A stretch of DNA of 64,000 nucleotides, taken from Candidatus Thalassarchaeaceae archaeon (lineage in GTDB: Archaea > Thermoplasmatota > Poseidoniia > Poseidoniales > Thalassarchaeaceae). Positions 1 to 10,190 of the stretch are shown here, one piece after another (the first letter of the stretch is position 1; the number at the start of each line of letters is the position of its first letter). The DNA lies in assembly GCA_029250605.1 (NCBI GenBank), contig JAQXEZ010000016.1:1743-65742 (forward strand), written 5' to 3'. The position numbers and the translations under genes are program-made. The notes under the pieces are model-generated. The model ran no database searches. It worked only from the letters and a program-made list of their open reading frames with translations, and was not told the DNA's origin.

Positions 1-498
1 AAGAAGTGGCAGCTCGACACCGACGGCTCGATGAACGGAGTGGACATCTGGATCGCTTCAGAGCTGATGTCCAAGGAGCCCCTAGGCGCGGCAACCCGCG
101 ACATGGACTCCGACTTCAAGGACGTCGTGGCATGGGTCTGGTACGGAATGGTAACCGCGGAGGAGATGGGCGTAACGTCCAGCAACCACGGTGCCATGGC
201 AACCTCGGCCTGCGCCGTCAACGACGCTGGCTCAGCCACTGACCCAGGAATGTGCCGCCTTCTGACCGAGAACCTCGGTCTCGGCACTGCCACCAACCCG
301 CTTGCGGGAACATGGATGGCAGCAGTCCTAGACGCCGCAGGAAACTACGGCGAGGCGTACGATGACGCCTTCTGCGCTGGAGACTACGACGGAACCAGCG
401 GATCGGCAGCCATGAACGACTGCCTGATCTCGCGCGCTGGAACGCTGAACGCCCTCGTCTCAGAGGGTGGCATCCAGTACGCACCTCCAATGCGCTGA
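1..498 (+). CDS. aapJ: Amino-acid ABC transporter substrate-binding protein (AapJ/BztA family), 3' part; 5' end lies outside the window
   Basis: Frame open from base 1. AapJ-like motifs SKEPLG, AEEMGVTS, GNYGEAY and C-terminal GGIQYAPPMR; lies upstream of two permeases and an ATPase. Confidence 0.85.
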   Translation, partial: KKWQLDTDGSMNGVDIWIASELMSKEPLGAATRDMDSDFKDVVAWVWYGMVTAEEMGVTSSNHGAMATSACAVNDAGSATDPGMCRLLTENLGLGTATNPLAGTWMAAVLDAAGNYGEAYDDAFCAGDYDGTSGSAAMNDCLISRAGTLNALVSEGGIQYAPPMR

Positions 499-530
499 TC
501 CCTCAAGATTAGCAATTAGGAATTACGAAA

Positions 531-561
531 GCCCCCGGGGGGGATTAACTCCCCCGGGGGC
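531..561. terminator. GC-rich inverted repeat (stem-loop) after the binding-protein gene
   Basis: gcccccggggg (531-541) and cccccgggggc (551-561) are perfect reverse complements around a 9-nt spacer. No U-tract follows, so a terminator role is uncertain. Confidence 0.55.
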
Positions 562-600
562 CTCAAACATCAAGTGGTTAAGCGAATAGCATGTGGTAGA

Positions 601-3318
601 ATGGACCTCATGCGCAATCGCCTGTCAGGACTACTGGCCATCCTTTCCGAGATGATGAGGAGGCCGACTCAGAGAGCCTCGAACGCCGCAATTCTCCTAG
701 GGCTCCTGTACGTCTTACTAGCCGGGCCCTATGTGGGCATGCTCCCATCGCTGCCATTCCTGACCCTATTCTCCTGCCTTCTAGGAATCGGGTTCATTGC
801 TCGAGCCGTCGACAAAATTGGCACCTTAGAAAACGAGTGGGGAATCCGAGACACGCTATCTATCGGGGTGCTGCTTTCGCTCCCGACGCTGTACTGGAGG
901 TATTCGAACAAGTTCCTCGGTATGTCCTCGGACTACCTTTCAAAGATGGCTACAGACATCCCATGCACGACCGGGGTCAATTGCGTCCTTGATGCCCAGC
1001 AAAACCTAGCCTTCTACCCCCTGGACAAGATGATCCTGTTCTTCGGTGGCTTGACCCTGCTATTGTTCATGCTAGTGCAGAACGAATTCTCCAGTATTTC
1101 CAATTTGACGGGCAAAGTCTACAGGACCTTGAGGAGATTCGCAAGGGACCCAAGAAAGGGTTACGAGGACCTGATCGCCGGCTTCCGGCACAAAATAGCC
1201 GTAATACGCAAGAGTCCCGAGACGGCAATCAAAGATCGGATCGACCCAGTGACAGGAGTAAAGGTCGGTGAGATCGAAGTCGAACTGGAAAAACCGGGAG
1301 ACTCGCACGCCCACCTAGCGGAAGCGTCACTCGGGTCCGCATTCTACGACGTCTCGACCTCCCTGTTCGCAATCACCGTCTTCCTCGCGTGCTACTTGAT
1401 TGTGCCAGACATGGACCTATCCGCCAGCACCCAGGTCCCATTCCTCTTCCTAGGCACGGGAGTGGTCTCCGGGATCCTGCTCCTCCAGAACAACCTCGAT
1501 GACCTCCTCTCAATCCGGCCCCACAACTTCCGCGACTACACGGACGGAAGCGCCAGGTCGAAATCCGCTGCTGCTTCTTTGCTCACGATCGTCCTCTTCG
1601 TAGTGCTCTTCCTCAACGTCTCGTACGTCCCCCTAATATCCCAAGACATCCCATCCTTCCTGACCCTGATCACCCTGATCACCCTGACCTGCTGGGCCTT
1701 CATCCTCTCCAAGGAGGGGGCTAAACCCAAAGTCCAGTCACACAGGTCTGCAGCATTCGCCTTCCTAGTGATATTCCCATTCCTGATGTACCTGTTCCTG
1801 AGGGTGTTGTTCCTAATGAACGACGGCACCAACCCGGTAATGCTGAACCGATGGGAGGTGAGGTACGAGTTCATGGACCTCGGTAACACGTTCAAGATCA
1901 ATCCATGGCCACTGGACGCCGAGCCAAACATCGATGCGAGGTGGATTTTCCTCAAGGCGGCCATAATCAACTCCGTCAGAGTCACCCTCGTCAGCATCAT
2001 CCTGTGCACCATCCTAGGGGTAATAGTCGGAGTCGCCCGCCTCTCAAGCAACAAGCTGACCGCTTGGGCAGCCACGGCATACGTCGAGATATTCCGAAAC
2101 CTCCCCCTTGCGGTCCTACTCTTCCTGCTAGCCACGCAGATCGGACTGCAGTTCCCGATGATGCCAGAGGAGAAGAACCTGTTCGGCGGTGCGATCTACT
2201 ACAGCAACAAGGGCATCTGGTTCACCACGGTTGCCTCCTACGGGGCGCTGGCCCTCTCTGTAGTCGGACTAGCCATGGTCAGGGCCCTGCTCCGTCACCA
2301 AGACAGGGTGGAGCCCCGAACCATCTCGGCACCACAGGGATTCAGCCTCAGGAGGCCATTCGCTTCGTTGGGGTGGAGGTTCGAGCCCCTAGCCGCCGAC
2401 CTATTCGTCATCCTCTCCCTGGTTCTACTATTGACCAGGGTGCAAATCGGCGAGGCACTATTCACGACCCCGTCCGGAAGGTTCTCGCCGGGAGTAATCA
2501 GCAGTGACCTGTTCGAGGCCCTGTTCTACCCGTTCCTAGGGAGCCTGCCTGACGGCCTCACGACCATTGATGGAAAGTCCAACGTGCAGACGCTGGGGGA
2601 CAACGCACAGATAGCGATCGGACCCCTGCTGGGCGTCCTGCTATTGGTGTACTCCCTCCTGGTCACCACCAACGTAGACGATGACGGCATGAATTCGCTG
2701 GAGGTGGACGACACCGAGGAAGGCATCAGGCGACGATTCACCCTCTGGGTCGCAGTCTTCGCCTTCGCACTAGGGGTAACCCTCGCGGGCGGGATTTACG
2801 AGGTTGGCGAGGCCCTTTCGATGCCCGAGTTCACCAAGGACAGGAACAACGACGGCGTCCTAGACCAGCCAGGGTCTTGGGGGATAGAGGAGGGAACCGG
2901 GTTCGAGATAACGCCCTTCTTCCTCGCGATGGTACTCGGGCTGACACTATTCACCGCATCCGTGGTGGCGGAGATTGTCAGGGGGAGCATACAGTCACTT
3001 CCCAGGGGGCAGGTGGAGGCTGCCATATCGCTCTCATTGAACCCGTTCCAGAGGCTGAGGCTGGTCATACTCCCTCAGGCTCTGAGGAGCATGATCCCCC
3101 TGCTGAACAACCAGTTCATGAACGTCTGGAAGAACTCCAGCCTGGCCGTGGTCGTGGCCTACACTGACATTTTCTACGTCATCCTGGTGATGATGAACAA
3201 CGTCGGCAAGCTCATCCCACTGTTCCTGCTCCTCCTGGTCACATACCAGATTGGCAGCCTCACGATTTCTGCGGTAATGAACTGGTACAACTCCAGAGTA
3301 ACGAGCGTGAAGATATGA
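601..3318 (+). CDS. aapQ: Amino-acid ABC transporter permease (AapQ-like) with a large N-terminal membrane extension
   Basis: Core motifs GVARLSSN, YVEIFRNLPL, AEIVRGSIQSLPRGQVEAA and KNSSLA. ORF track starts at 574; ATG 601 preferred because a TTAAG TATA-like box lies at about 578. Confidence 0.85.
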   Translation: MDLMRNRLSGLLAILSEMMRRPTQRASNAAILLGLLYVLLAGPYVGMLPSLPFLTLFSCLLGIGFIARAVDKIGTLENEWGIRDTLSIGVLLSLPTLYWRYSNKFLGMSSDYLSKMATDIPCTTGVNCVLDAQQNLAFYPLDKMILFFGGLTLLLFMLVQNEFSSISNLTGKVYRTLRRFARDPRKGYEDLIAGFRHKIAVIRKSPETAIKDRIDPVTGVKVGEIEVELEKPGDSHAHLAEASLGSAFYDVSTSLFAITVFLACYLIVPDMDLSASTQVPFLFLGTGVVSGILLLQNNLDDLLSIRPHNFRDYTDGSARSKSAAASLLTIVLFVVLFLNVSYVPLISQDIPSFLTLITLITLTCWAFILSKEGAKPKVQSHRSAAFAFLVIFPFLMYLFLRVLFLMNDGTNPVMLNRWEVRYEFMDLGNTFKINPWPLDAEPNIDARWIFLKAAIINSVRVTLVSIILCTILGVIVGVARLSSNKLTAWAATAYVEIFRNLPLAVLLFLLATQIGLQFPMMPEEKNLFGGAIYYSNKGIWFTTVASYGALALSVVGLAMVRALLRHQDRVEPRTISAPQGFSLRRPFASLGWRFEPLAADLFVILSLVLLLTRVQIGEALFTTPSGRFSPGVISSDLFEALFYPFLGSLPDGLTTIDGKSNVQTLGDNAQIAIGPLLGVLLLVYSLLVTTNVDDDGMNSLEVDDTEEGIRRRFTLWVAVFAFALGVTLAGGIYEVGEALSMPEFTKDRNNDGVLDQPGSWGIEEGTGFEITPFFLAMVLGLTLFTASVVAEIVRGSIQSLPRGQVEAAISLSLNPFQRLRLVILPQALRSMIPLLNNQFMNVWKNSSLAVVVAYTDIFYVILVMMNNVGKLIPLFLLLLVTYQIGSLTISAVMNWYNSRVTSVKI

Positions 3319-5000
3319 CTACGATCAAGAAGGTACTGGATTCGATGTGGGCCCTGGCTCCTTCAGCCCTGAAGTCAGAGACCGGCATTAGGGAATTGGA
3401 AGAATCAATAGTCGGCAAAAGCGGCAATCCATGGATAAACCACGAGAACGAAAGAGTAGTCTCTTCCTTTGTATTGGGGCTATCCATAACCATGGCGTTC
3501 GCCTTCTCAATGGAGTCTTGGAGAGCAGCAACAATGGAACTCAACCCGGTAATGGGGCAGCCTACCGGCGATGCCGACCTACTGGCTATCTTGTACTTCC
3601 TGCTAGCCGCGTTCACCTACTGGGTCACCATTTCCTCGATGGTGAAACTAACTTGGCTCAAGTCCACATCGACTGCCCTTCTCGGAATCTCGACTGCGTG
3701 GATAATATTCATCGTCTCCACATTCCTGATCCACTGGTCGCTCATAGAGGCGGACTGGGTCGTGGTCTGGGCGAACAGAGATCTGGTGATGATGGGGCAG
3801 CTGATGAAGGAGCAGATGACCCAGTCCCCAGGATCACACGTCTGCATAAACGAGTCGAACTGCTACGGCATCAACCAGAACTTCCGACTTTGGTGGTCAC
3901 TTTACCTGACCTTCGGGATTCTGGGTGGCTCTTATGGGGCAAGCGGGGAGAAGCCCAGGAAATTCCTGGTCCCGTTCTTCGCCATCATGGGCCTAGTGGC
4001 TCTGATAGCCCTCAATCCGACTGAGGTCAGTTACAAGACTGACACGGTCCAGGTCAAGCTGGCGATCGCTACACTCTGGGCCCTCGTGGGATACGGCCTA
4101 GCGTACTGGTACTCGAAGAACAACGAGGAGTACAAGGTAAACCGACTGAAGTCATATCTGGCAGTATCGGCCGTGGCCACGTTCTTCTTCGCAATCCTGA
4201 TCATGGATCCGCCTCAGTTCGTCAAAGACGGGGCAGAGGTACTTGGAGGGACCCCGGCCCAATCTTTCTCAGAGGATATCATCGCAGGCGACAGAACCCC
4301 CTCGACCTGGGACAAGCTTGCCGGCAACGGAATCGAGGCATCCCAATGGGGCGGTCTGTTCGTGAACCTGATTATCGCCACCGCAGGATGCGTCCTAGGC
4401 TTCGGGATAGGGGTCGTCTTAGCCTTCGGGAGGCAGAGCGACCAGGCATTCTTCAGCATCCCATCCATCGCCGTGATAGAGTTGGTGAGATCAGGGCCGC
4501 TGATCTGCTGGCTGTACTTCGCGGTGTTCATGATGCCCGACCTGATGGACCCATTCTACAACGCAGAGGACATAATCAGGATGCTCCTGATGTTCGGAAT
4601 ATTCGGTGGGTGCTACATCGCCGAGGTCCTCAGGGGCGGTCTGCAGGCCGTTGACAGCGGTCAGAAGGAGGCAGCAGCAGCACTAGGGCTATCACCACTC
4701 CAGACCAAGCTGCAGGTCGAACTCCCCAACGCGGTCAGGACCACCCTTCCCTCGATCATCAGCGTGTTCATCGGCCTCTGGAAGGACACCACCCTCCTCT
4801 TCATCGTCAACATCCTCGACTTCTTCAAGCTGGCAAAGGACCTGCCCAACTCGGATCTGAGGTTCCTCGGGGACTTCCTCGAGCCGCTCTATGTCACCGC
4901 AGTGGTGTTCTGGATTTTCGCATTCTACTTGTCTAGGGTCTCGATGAAGGTCGAGAAGAACCTTGGGCTCGTAAGAGAAGGAGGAGGAGAAGCTGCATGA
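3315..5000 (+). CDS. aapM: Amino-acid ABC transporter permease (AapM-like), N-terminally extended
   Basis: [42 protein letters not shown]; ATGA overlap with the upstream permease. Confidence 0.85.
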   Translation: MTTIKKVLDSMWALAPSALKSETGIRELEESIVGKSGNPWINHENERVVSSFVLGLSITMAFAFSMESWRAATMELNPVMGQPTGDADLLAILYFLLAAFTYWVTISSMVKLTWLKSTSTALLGISTAWIIFIVSTFLIHWSLIEADWVVVWANRDLVMMGQLMKEQMTQSPGSHVCINESNCYGINQNFRLWWSLYLTFGILGGSYGASGEKPRKFLVPFFAIMGLVALIALNPTEVSYKTDTVQVKLAIATLWALVGYGLAYWYSKNNEEYKVNRLKSYLAVSAVATFFFAILIMDPPQFVKDGAEVLGGTPAQSFSEDIIAGDRTPSTWDKLAGNGIEASQWGGLFVNLIIATAGCVLGFGIGVVLAFGRQSDQAFFSIPSIAVIELVRSGPLICWLYFAVFMMPDLMDPFYNAEDIIRMLLMFGIFGGCYIAEVLRGGLQAVDSGQKEAAAALGLSPLQTKLQVELPNAVRTTLPSIISVFIGLWKDTTLLFIVNILDFFKLAKDLPNSDLRFLGDFLEPLYVTAVVFWIFAFYLSRVSMKVEKNLGLVREGGGEAA

Positions 5001-5749
5001 GTGAAGAAAGCGATGAGATGATAATTGAAACAGAGGGAGTTAGGGTGAACTTCGGTGACTTCTGGGCACTGAAGGGAGTGGACATCAAGGTCAGGAAAGG
5101 CGAGATAATAGTCATCCTGGGGCCATCGGGGTCCGGGAAGTCCACATTCATAAGGACCCTCAACCGACTCCAGCCCCACAGCGGTGGGACGATCAAGATC
5201 GATGGTATTACCGTCGACGAGGACACAACGGTATCCGACCTGAAGTACGTTCGCTCGGAGATCGGGTTCGTATTCCAGCAGTTCAACCTCTTCCCCCATC
5301 TCACCATAATGGAGAACATCACGCTAGCCCCAATGAAGGTAAAGAGAATGCCAAAGAGGGAGGCCGAGGAGAGGGCCATGGAGCTGCTGGAGAGGGTAGG
5401 AATCCCCGAGCAGGCATACAAGTACCCAAGCGGCCTTTCAGGCGGGCAGCAGCAGAGGGTGGCCATTGCCAGGGCCCTAGCAATGGATCCGAAGATCATG
5501 CTCTTCGACGAGCCGACCTCGGCTCTCGACCCAGAGATGATCAAGGAGGTCCTCGAGGTCATGATAGACCTGGCGAGGCGAGACATCACGATGATTGTGG
5601 TCACTCACGAGATGGGCTTTGCCAAGGAGGTCGCTGACAGGTGCATCCTCTTCGACGAGGGGCATCTGATAGAGGAGAACAATCCCGAGGAGTTCTTCTC
5701 GAAGCCGAAGCACGAAAGGACCAAGCTGTTCCTAGAGCAGATCCTCTAG
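4997..5749 (+). CDS. aapP: Amino-acid ABC transporter ATP-binding protein (AapP/GlnQ)
   Basis: [52 protein letters not shown]. Confidence 0.95.
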   Translation: MSEESDEMIIETEGVRVNFGDFWALKGVDIKVRKGEIIVILGPSGSGKSTFIRTLNRLQPHSGGTIKIDGITVDEDTTVSDLKYVRSEIGFVFQQFNLFPHLTIMENITLAPMKVKRMPKREAEERAMELLERVGIPEQAYKYPSGLSGGQQQRVAIARALAMDPKIMLFDEPTSALDPEMIKEVLEVMIDLARRDITMIVVTHEMGFAKEVADRCILFDEGHLIEENNPEEFFSKPKHERTKLFLEQIL

Positions 5750-6621
5750 GTCCTGGAGAGCCACTGGGAGACGCCGTTCAGTATCGCCCCCCTGAAGGTG
5801 AGCAGGCTCAGGCTCGGTCCATTCAAGCCTATCGTCAGGGTCGCACCCCTGGTGAAGTGGGTCTCGTCCCACCCGTCGCTGACCACGTAGCCCCTGTGCA
5901 TGTCACTCGTGATCACGGTAGGCTCACTGACCCACTCCCAGTAGGAGCCGTCTGCCGACCTGTCCGCACGAGGGAGGTCCCTGGCAACGTACAGGTAGTG
6001 GTCGTCAATCTCGCTGGCCGGGAAATCGACTCCCTCGATGTTGGCGACGTGCCTGAACCAGGCCCCCTGTCCCACGAAGGTCGAGAATAGGCACCCGGAA
6101 GAGTGCTGCATGGAGTCAATCCCCCTCCTCTGGAGCCTGTACTTGGATGGCTGGTACTGGTGAGTGTTGGCGACGAGGAGGTCATTTAGGGCGGGATCGC
6201 ATCGAATGACGTTCCCGCTCGTGGTCTCGATCTCGGCTTGAAGGCGAGGCAGGACGTTGACTATCGCCTTCCCATCCAGGGCAGCCCTAACGTCCTCGGA
6301 GAACGTGCTTGGATCGCTGCCCATGAAGAATCCGTACGAACCCCCGTTGCCCTCGACGCGCGGGTGGCTGTTTACCCCCATCACCGGGGTGTTCTCGTCG
6401 ACCGAGTGAGCTATCGACGTCAGAGTCCCATCGCCACCCAGCACGATGACCAGGTCGGGCTCCACGAAGTCAGCTCGCCTGACGGTCTCCCTGGCGGTGT
6501 AGCCAACGTTCAGCCCCCTCTCTGCCTCGAGATTGTCGAGCACTCGCCTGACTTCCTCAAGCGACCTGTCGTGGACTTCCTCGAAGTTCTTCTTGTAGAC
6601 GACGAGGATGTCTGCGCTCAT
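5746..6621 (-). CDS. nadK: NAD(+)/NADH kinase
   Basis: GGDGT motif, PVMGVN, ALND. Start taken at MSADIL (6621) rather than 6675. Confidence 0.85.
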   Translation of the reverse strand: MSADILVVYKKNFEEVHDRSLEEVRRVLDNLEAERGLNVGYTARETVRRADFVEPDLVIVLGGDGTLTSIAHSVDENTPVMGVNSHPRVEGNGGSYGFFMGSDPSTFSEDVRAALDGKAIVNVLPRLQAEIETTSGNVIRCDPALNDLLVANTHQYQPSKYRLQRRGIDSMQHSSGCLFSTFVGQGAWFRHVANIEGVDFPASEIDDHYLYVARDLPRADRSADGSYWEWVSEPTVITSDMHRGYVVSDGWDETHFTRGATLTIGLNGPSLSLLTFRGAILNGVSQWLSRT

Positions 6622-6735
6622 AGTTGGCCTCCCTCGGCAATCGCTCCACGTGCCCTCCATATAGGGGCCACGCAAACCGACTCACGCCCGAATCCATTGA
6701 GGAACGCATATTTGGGCACCCATTCAGCCACCGAC

Positions 6736-7851
6736 GTGCTCAGACCCGTCTTGCTGTCGTTATTGCTCTGCATCCCTGCGCTATCCGGCTGCCTGGAGGT
6801 CGAGAGGCACTGCCCAGAGGGCACATGCTTCCCCCTCACCAGCAGCGCATTCAACTCCATCCTGGAGGAGGTCGGGGAGATAGACGCACTGCAACTGGCT
6901 GAGGGGTACGACAGGCTCAGCGTCAGCACCCTATCCAGGTTCACCGAATCCGGAGTCAGCGGGGAGATGCAGTGGAAGGTCGAGAAGGACGACGATAGGG
7001 AACTCCGGCTAGTAGTCAACTCGGTCGTGGTCGGCGGGATAGTAGTGGTAGGTTACGAGATCTGGGACGGTGGTCCCGACACCTACACCAGGACCTCGGA
7101 TCACTGGATGAAGGGGAGGGACATGGAGCCGAACTACGAGGACCCCTTCCTAGAGATAGCGAGGCTGGCGGCTGAGGACCCCAATGGGAGGTGGCCGCCA
7201 TTCAGATACGACGTCTCCCAGTTCTCAGACCTAAGTTGGACGATAACCGGGGATGCCATGGAGTCATACCAGATAGCCAGGGCAACCAGCGGCCCGGATG
7301 AGATTTACTTCGAGATACATGGACTGACTCCGAGGATTGTCGGCCTCACGATTTACTCGGAGGGACTCAGCCAGGAGGATGTGACATTCTCCATGTCCAT
7401 CGCCACGGAAGACTGGGACCACGCACTCAGCATCGACTACTACCTTACCATGCTCGAGGGTAACTCATACTTGGGCATGAGCGGACTGGCTGAGTTCCCA
7501 CGGGCTCCCGTCCCATTCATCCCAATCCCAGACCAGCAGTCAGTCACAGGCGATACCACCACGGTCACCGGGACGGTCCCCGGGGAGATGTCCCACGAGG
7601 TTTCCCTGTCCGAGATGGAGATGCACGTCTTCTCAGGCGGGTCTTCCGTTGCGAGTCTGATGCTCAACGATGAGCAGGCCAACATTTCCGCCGAGGGCGG
7701 GACGTGGTGGGATCTCACATGGACTGACTCCGGAGACTCGGGCCTACTGTCGCAATTGGACACCTTCTCCATCAGGACGAACTCAGACGAGACCTTCGAG
7801 ATCCGAATCTTCGATCATTGGGCACAGGCCTGGACCGATGGCCTAGGATAG
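6736..7851 (+). CDS. Putative lipoprotein of unknown function
   Basis: GTG at 6736 gives RPVLLSLLLCIPALSGC (signal plus lipobox) and an acidic mature region. The 6238-6735 part of the track ORF mostly overlaps nadK on the opposite strand. Confidence 0.65.
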   Translation: MLRPVLLSLLLCIPALSGCLEVERHCPEGTCFPLTSSAFNSILEEVGEIDALQLAEGYDRLSVSTLSRFTESGVSGEMQWKVEKDDDRELRLVVNSVVVGGIVVVGYEIWDGGPDTYTRTSDHWMKGRDMEPNYEDPFLEIARLAAEDPNGRWPPFRYDVSQFSDLSWTITGDAMESYQIARATSGPDEIYFEIHGLTPRIVGLTIYSEGLSQEDVTFSMSIATEDWDHALSIDYYLTMLEGNSYLGMSGLAEFPRAPVPFIPIPDQQSVTGDTTTVTGTVPGEMSHEVSLSEMEMHVFSGGSSVASLMLNDEQANISAEGGTWWDLTWTDSGDSGLLSQLDTFSIRTNSDETFEIRIFDHWAQAWTDGLG

Positions 7852-7888
7852 AGAAATCCGGGACCAATGACGAGGAAGAGTGAGGCGC

Positions 7889-8257
7889 CTAGATCCAATC
7901 GTCATTGGGGGCAGTCAGCTCGCTACCTGCGTTCCCTGTGTTCACGACCCCTCTAGGCTCTACCAGCATCACCTTGCACTCAGAGTCGGCGCAGGGCTTG
8001 TGCCTCACGCCCTTGGGAACGACGTACATCTCACCCTCGCCCAGCTCTACCGAACCATCCTCGAACTCGATCCTCATGCTTCCCTCGATGACGATGAAAG
8101 CCTCGTCCGTGTCTTCATGCTCGTGCCAGACGAACTCCCCCTCTATCTTGACGAGCTTGAACTGGTAGTCGTTCATCTCGGCGATCACCTTGGGTGTCCA
8201 CTGTTCTGAGAAGCCGGAGAGCTTTTCCCTGAGGTTTACCTTGTCCATCCCACTCAA
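7889..8257 (-). CDS. Cupin domain protein
   Basis: [15 protein letters not shown] and [10 protein letters not shown] cupin motifs. Confidence 0.9.
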   Translation of the reverse strand: MSGMDKVNLREKLSGFSEQWTPKVIAEMNDYQFKLVKIEGEFVWHEHEDTDEAFIVIEGSMRIEFEDGSVELGEGEMYVVPKGVRHKPCADSECKVMLVEPRGVVNTGNAGSELTAPNDDWI

Positions 8258-8312
8258 TTCCCCGGCTGAGTCGATGTATTCAAATTATTAGGGCGGACTA
8301 ATCACAAGGAAC

Positions 8313-9077
8313 ATGGAAACAGGACTTGGGGGCAAGGTCGTGCTAGTCACAGGCGGCGCCGGAGGGATCGGCCAGGCAATATGCAGGAAGTTCGCCGAGG
8401 ATGGAGCCAAGGTGGCAGTACATTTCCACACTTCATCCGAAGAGGCCGAGTCACTAGCCGCGGAAATCGGCGGGATCGCAGTCCATGCCGATCTTAGGGT
8501 GCCCTCCCAAGCCGACAAGATGGTGGCCGAGATCGTCTCGCAGATGGGGGGGATAGACGTTTGTGTGGCCAATTCTGGGTCATACCCCCCTGATCCCAGG
8601 CCAATGTGGGAGATTGACGAAGAGAGGTGGAACTCAACGATCATGTCCAATCTGGGGGTGTCTGCCAACACTTCTCGCTCATTCCTCTCCCATGCGTCGA
8701 CCAGGGGTTCGGGCTCCCTCGTCCTTGTTGGCTCAACAGCGGGGGTATTCGGGGAGGCTGGCCACTCGGACTACGCTGCCGCCAAGGGCGCGATAACCAC
8801 CGGGCTCCTACTGTCGCTGAAGAACGAGGTCTCCCGATTGGGGTCGGTCAGGGTGAATGCTGTAGCGCCGGGCTGGACACTCACCGAGAAGAAGGCCGAA
8901 TCCGGTCTGGACGAGGAGGTGATGGAGAGGGCGAAGTCCACAATGGCACTCAAGAAGCTGGCTACTCCGAATGACGTGGCTATGGCTATCGTCTCCCTGT
9001 CATCGGACGAGGTGTCCGGGCACATCACGGGGCAGGTAATCGAGGTGGCAGGCGGAATGGAAGGAAGGCTAGTCTGA
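8313..9077 (+). CDS. SDR family oxidoreductase
   Basis: TGGAGGIG, YAAAK, VNAVAPG. Confidence 0.9.
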   Translation: METGLGGKVVLVTGGAGGIGQAICRKFAEDGAKVAVHFHTSSEEAESLAAEIGGIAVHADLRVPSQADKMVAEIVSQMGGIDVCVANSGSYPPDPRPMWEIDEERWNSTIMSNLGVSANTSRSFLSHASTRGSGSLVLVGSTAGVFGEAGHSDYAAAKGAITTGLLLSLKNEVSRLGSVRVNAVAPGWTLTEKKAESGLDEEVMERAKSTMALKKLATPNDVAMAIVSLSSDEVSGHITGQVIEVAGGMEGRLV

Positions 9078-9188
9078 ACTTTTCGAGGACAGCTTCTTCC
9101 ACAGGTAGACCGCGATGGCCAGCAGTGCTATCGCCCACCCCGGGGTGATGATCAGAACCGCCACTGTAGCAGCAATCTCCTCAAGCAC
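9069..9188 (-). CDS. Putative 39-aa membrane microprotein (not in the ORF track)
   Basis: Reads MLEEIAATVAVLIITPGWAIALLAIAVYLWKKLSSKSSD. GTG start lies 4 nt after the upstream SDR stop, with a GGTGA SD-like sequence, and the ORF fills the intergenic gap. Confidence 0.55.
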   Translation of the reverse strand: MLEEIAATVAVLIITPGWAIALLAIAVYLWKKLSSKSSD

Positions 9189-9192
9189 GAGA

Positions 9193-10095
9193 TCACCCCT
9201 CGCTCAGGAAACTGACTCCAGTCAGGTCCTCGCTCACTTCCCAGAGCCTCTTAGCAACAGCCTCGTCACTCGCCTTGCGGTTGATCTTGGCCCTCCCGGT
9301 CCGACCCCTCATCTCGATAACACCCGTTGGCCCCCAGTACGGGTACTCCAGGGCACCCTTCTCGGTTGCAGCGTAGAGAGTCGCCTCGGCACCCTTCTTG
9401 GCCGGGATCGCCACGATGAGATTCAGGAATCTCCAGAATAGCGAGTACCTCTGCAGGTCAGTCGCCGAGTATCCTGGATGGCTGGCTATCGCGGAGACTC
9501 CAGAACCGCTCCTCTCCAGCCTCCTGGCCAACTCGAGAGAGAATGTCAGGTTCGCAATCTTGCTCTGCGAGTAGAAACCCCACTTGTTGTACCTCTTCCT
9601 CTCTCCGTTCAGGTCGTCGAAGTCTATCACGCCCGGGTTGTGTGCGATGCTCGAGACGGTCACGACCCTGCTTCCATCTGTCGTCTCCAAGACCGGCAAT
9701 AGGTGACCAGTGAGGGCGAAGTGGCCTAGGTGATTGGTTCCGAACTGCAGTTCGAAACCGTCCTTGGTGAATGACTTGGGGGGGATCATCACTCCCGCGT
9801 TGTTGATCAGGATGTCCAATCGATCCGCCCACGAAGAGAAGCCCTCAGAGAATGATCGCACGCTGGATAGGTCCGCCAGGTCAAGGACGGAGGTCGAAAC
9901 CTCTGAACCGGGGAACTCTTCGAGTATCCTGCGCATTGCTACCCCAGCCTTCTCTTGATCCCTGCATGCCATGATCACCATTGCACCCTTGGAAGCCAGA
10001 GCCCTCACCATGTGGAATCCTATGCCAGTGTTGGAGCCTGTAACTATGGCGACTTTCCCACTCTGGTCCCCCATCATGCCCTCGGACCACTTCAT
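9193..10095 (-). CDS. SDR oxidoreductase, retinol dehydrogenase/WWOX-like
   Basis: TGSNTGIG, LINNAG, QFGTNHLGHF, YSQSK, HPG. Confidence 0.9.
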   Translation of the reverse strand: MKWSEGMMGDQSGKVAIVTGSNTGIGFHMVRALASKGAMVIMACRDQEKAGVAMRRILEEFPGSEVSTSVLDLADLSSVRSFSEGFSSWADRLDILINNAGVMIPPKSFTKDGFELQFGTNHLGHFALTGHLLPVLETTDGSRVVTVSSIAHNPGVIDFDDLNGERKRYNKWGFYSQSKIANLTFSLELARRLERSGSGVSAIASHPGYSATDLQRYSLFWRFLNLIVAIPAKKGAEATLYAATEKGALEYPYWGPTGVIEMRGRTGRAKINRKASDEAVAKRLWEVSEDLTGVSFLSEG

Positions 10096-10190
10096 GGGTC
10101 CGTCCCAAATCGCACGACTATTTCACAGATGGGTGGAAGTTGCCTCAGGTCCTCCGTCAAACTTGATGGACCACTCCCTCTGCCCGGCTC

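Noticed and set aside
6238-6735. 5' part of the 537-aa + strand ORF
   Set aside because: It mostly overlaps nadK on the opposite strand; the lipoprotein signal begins at GTG 6736.
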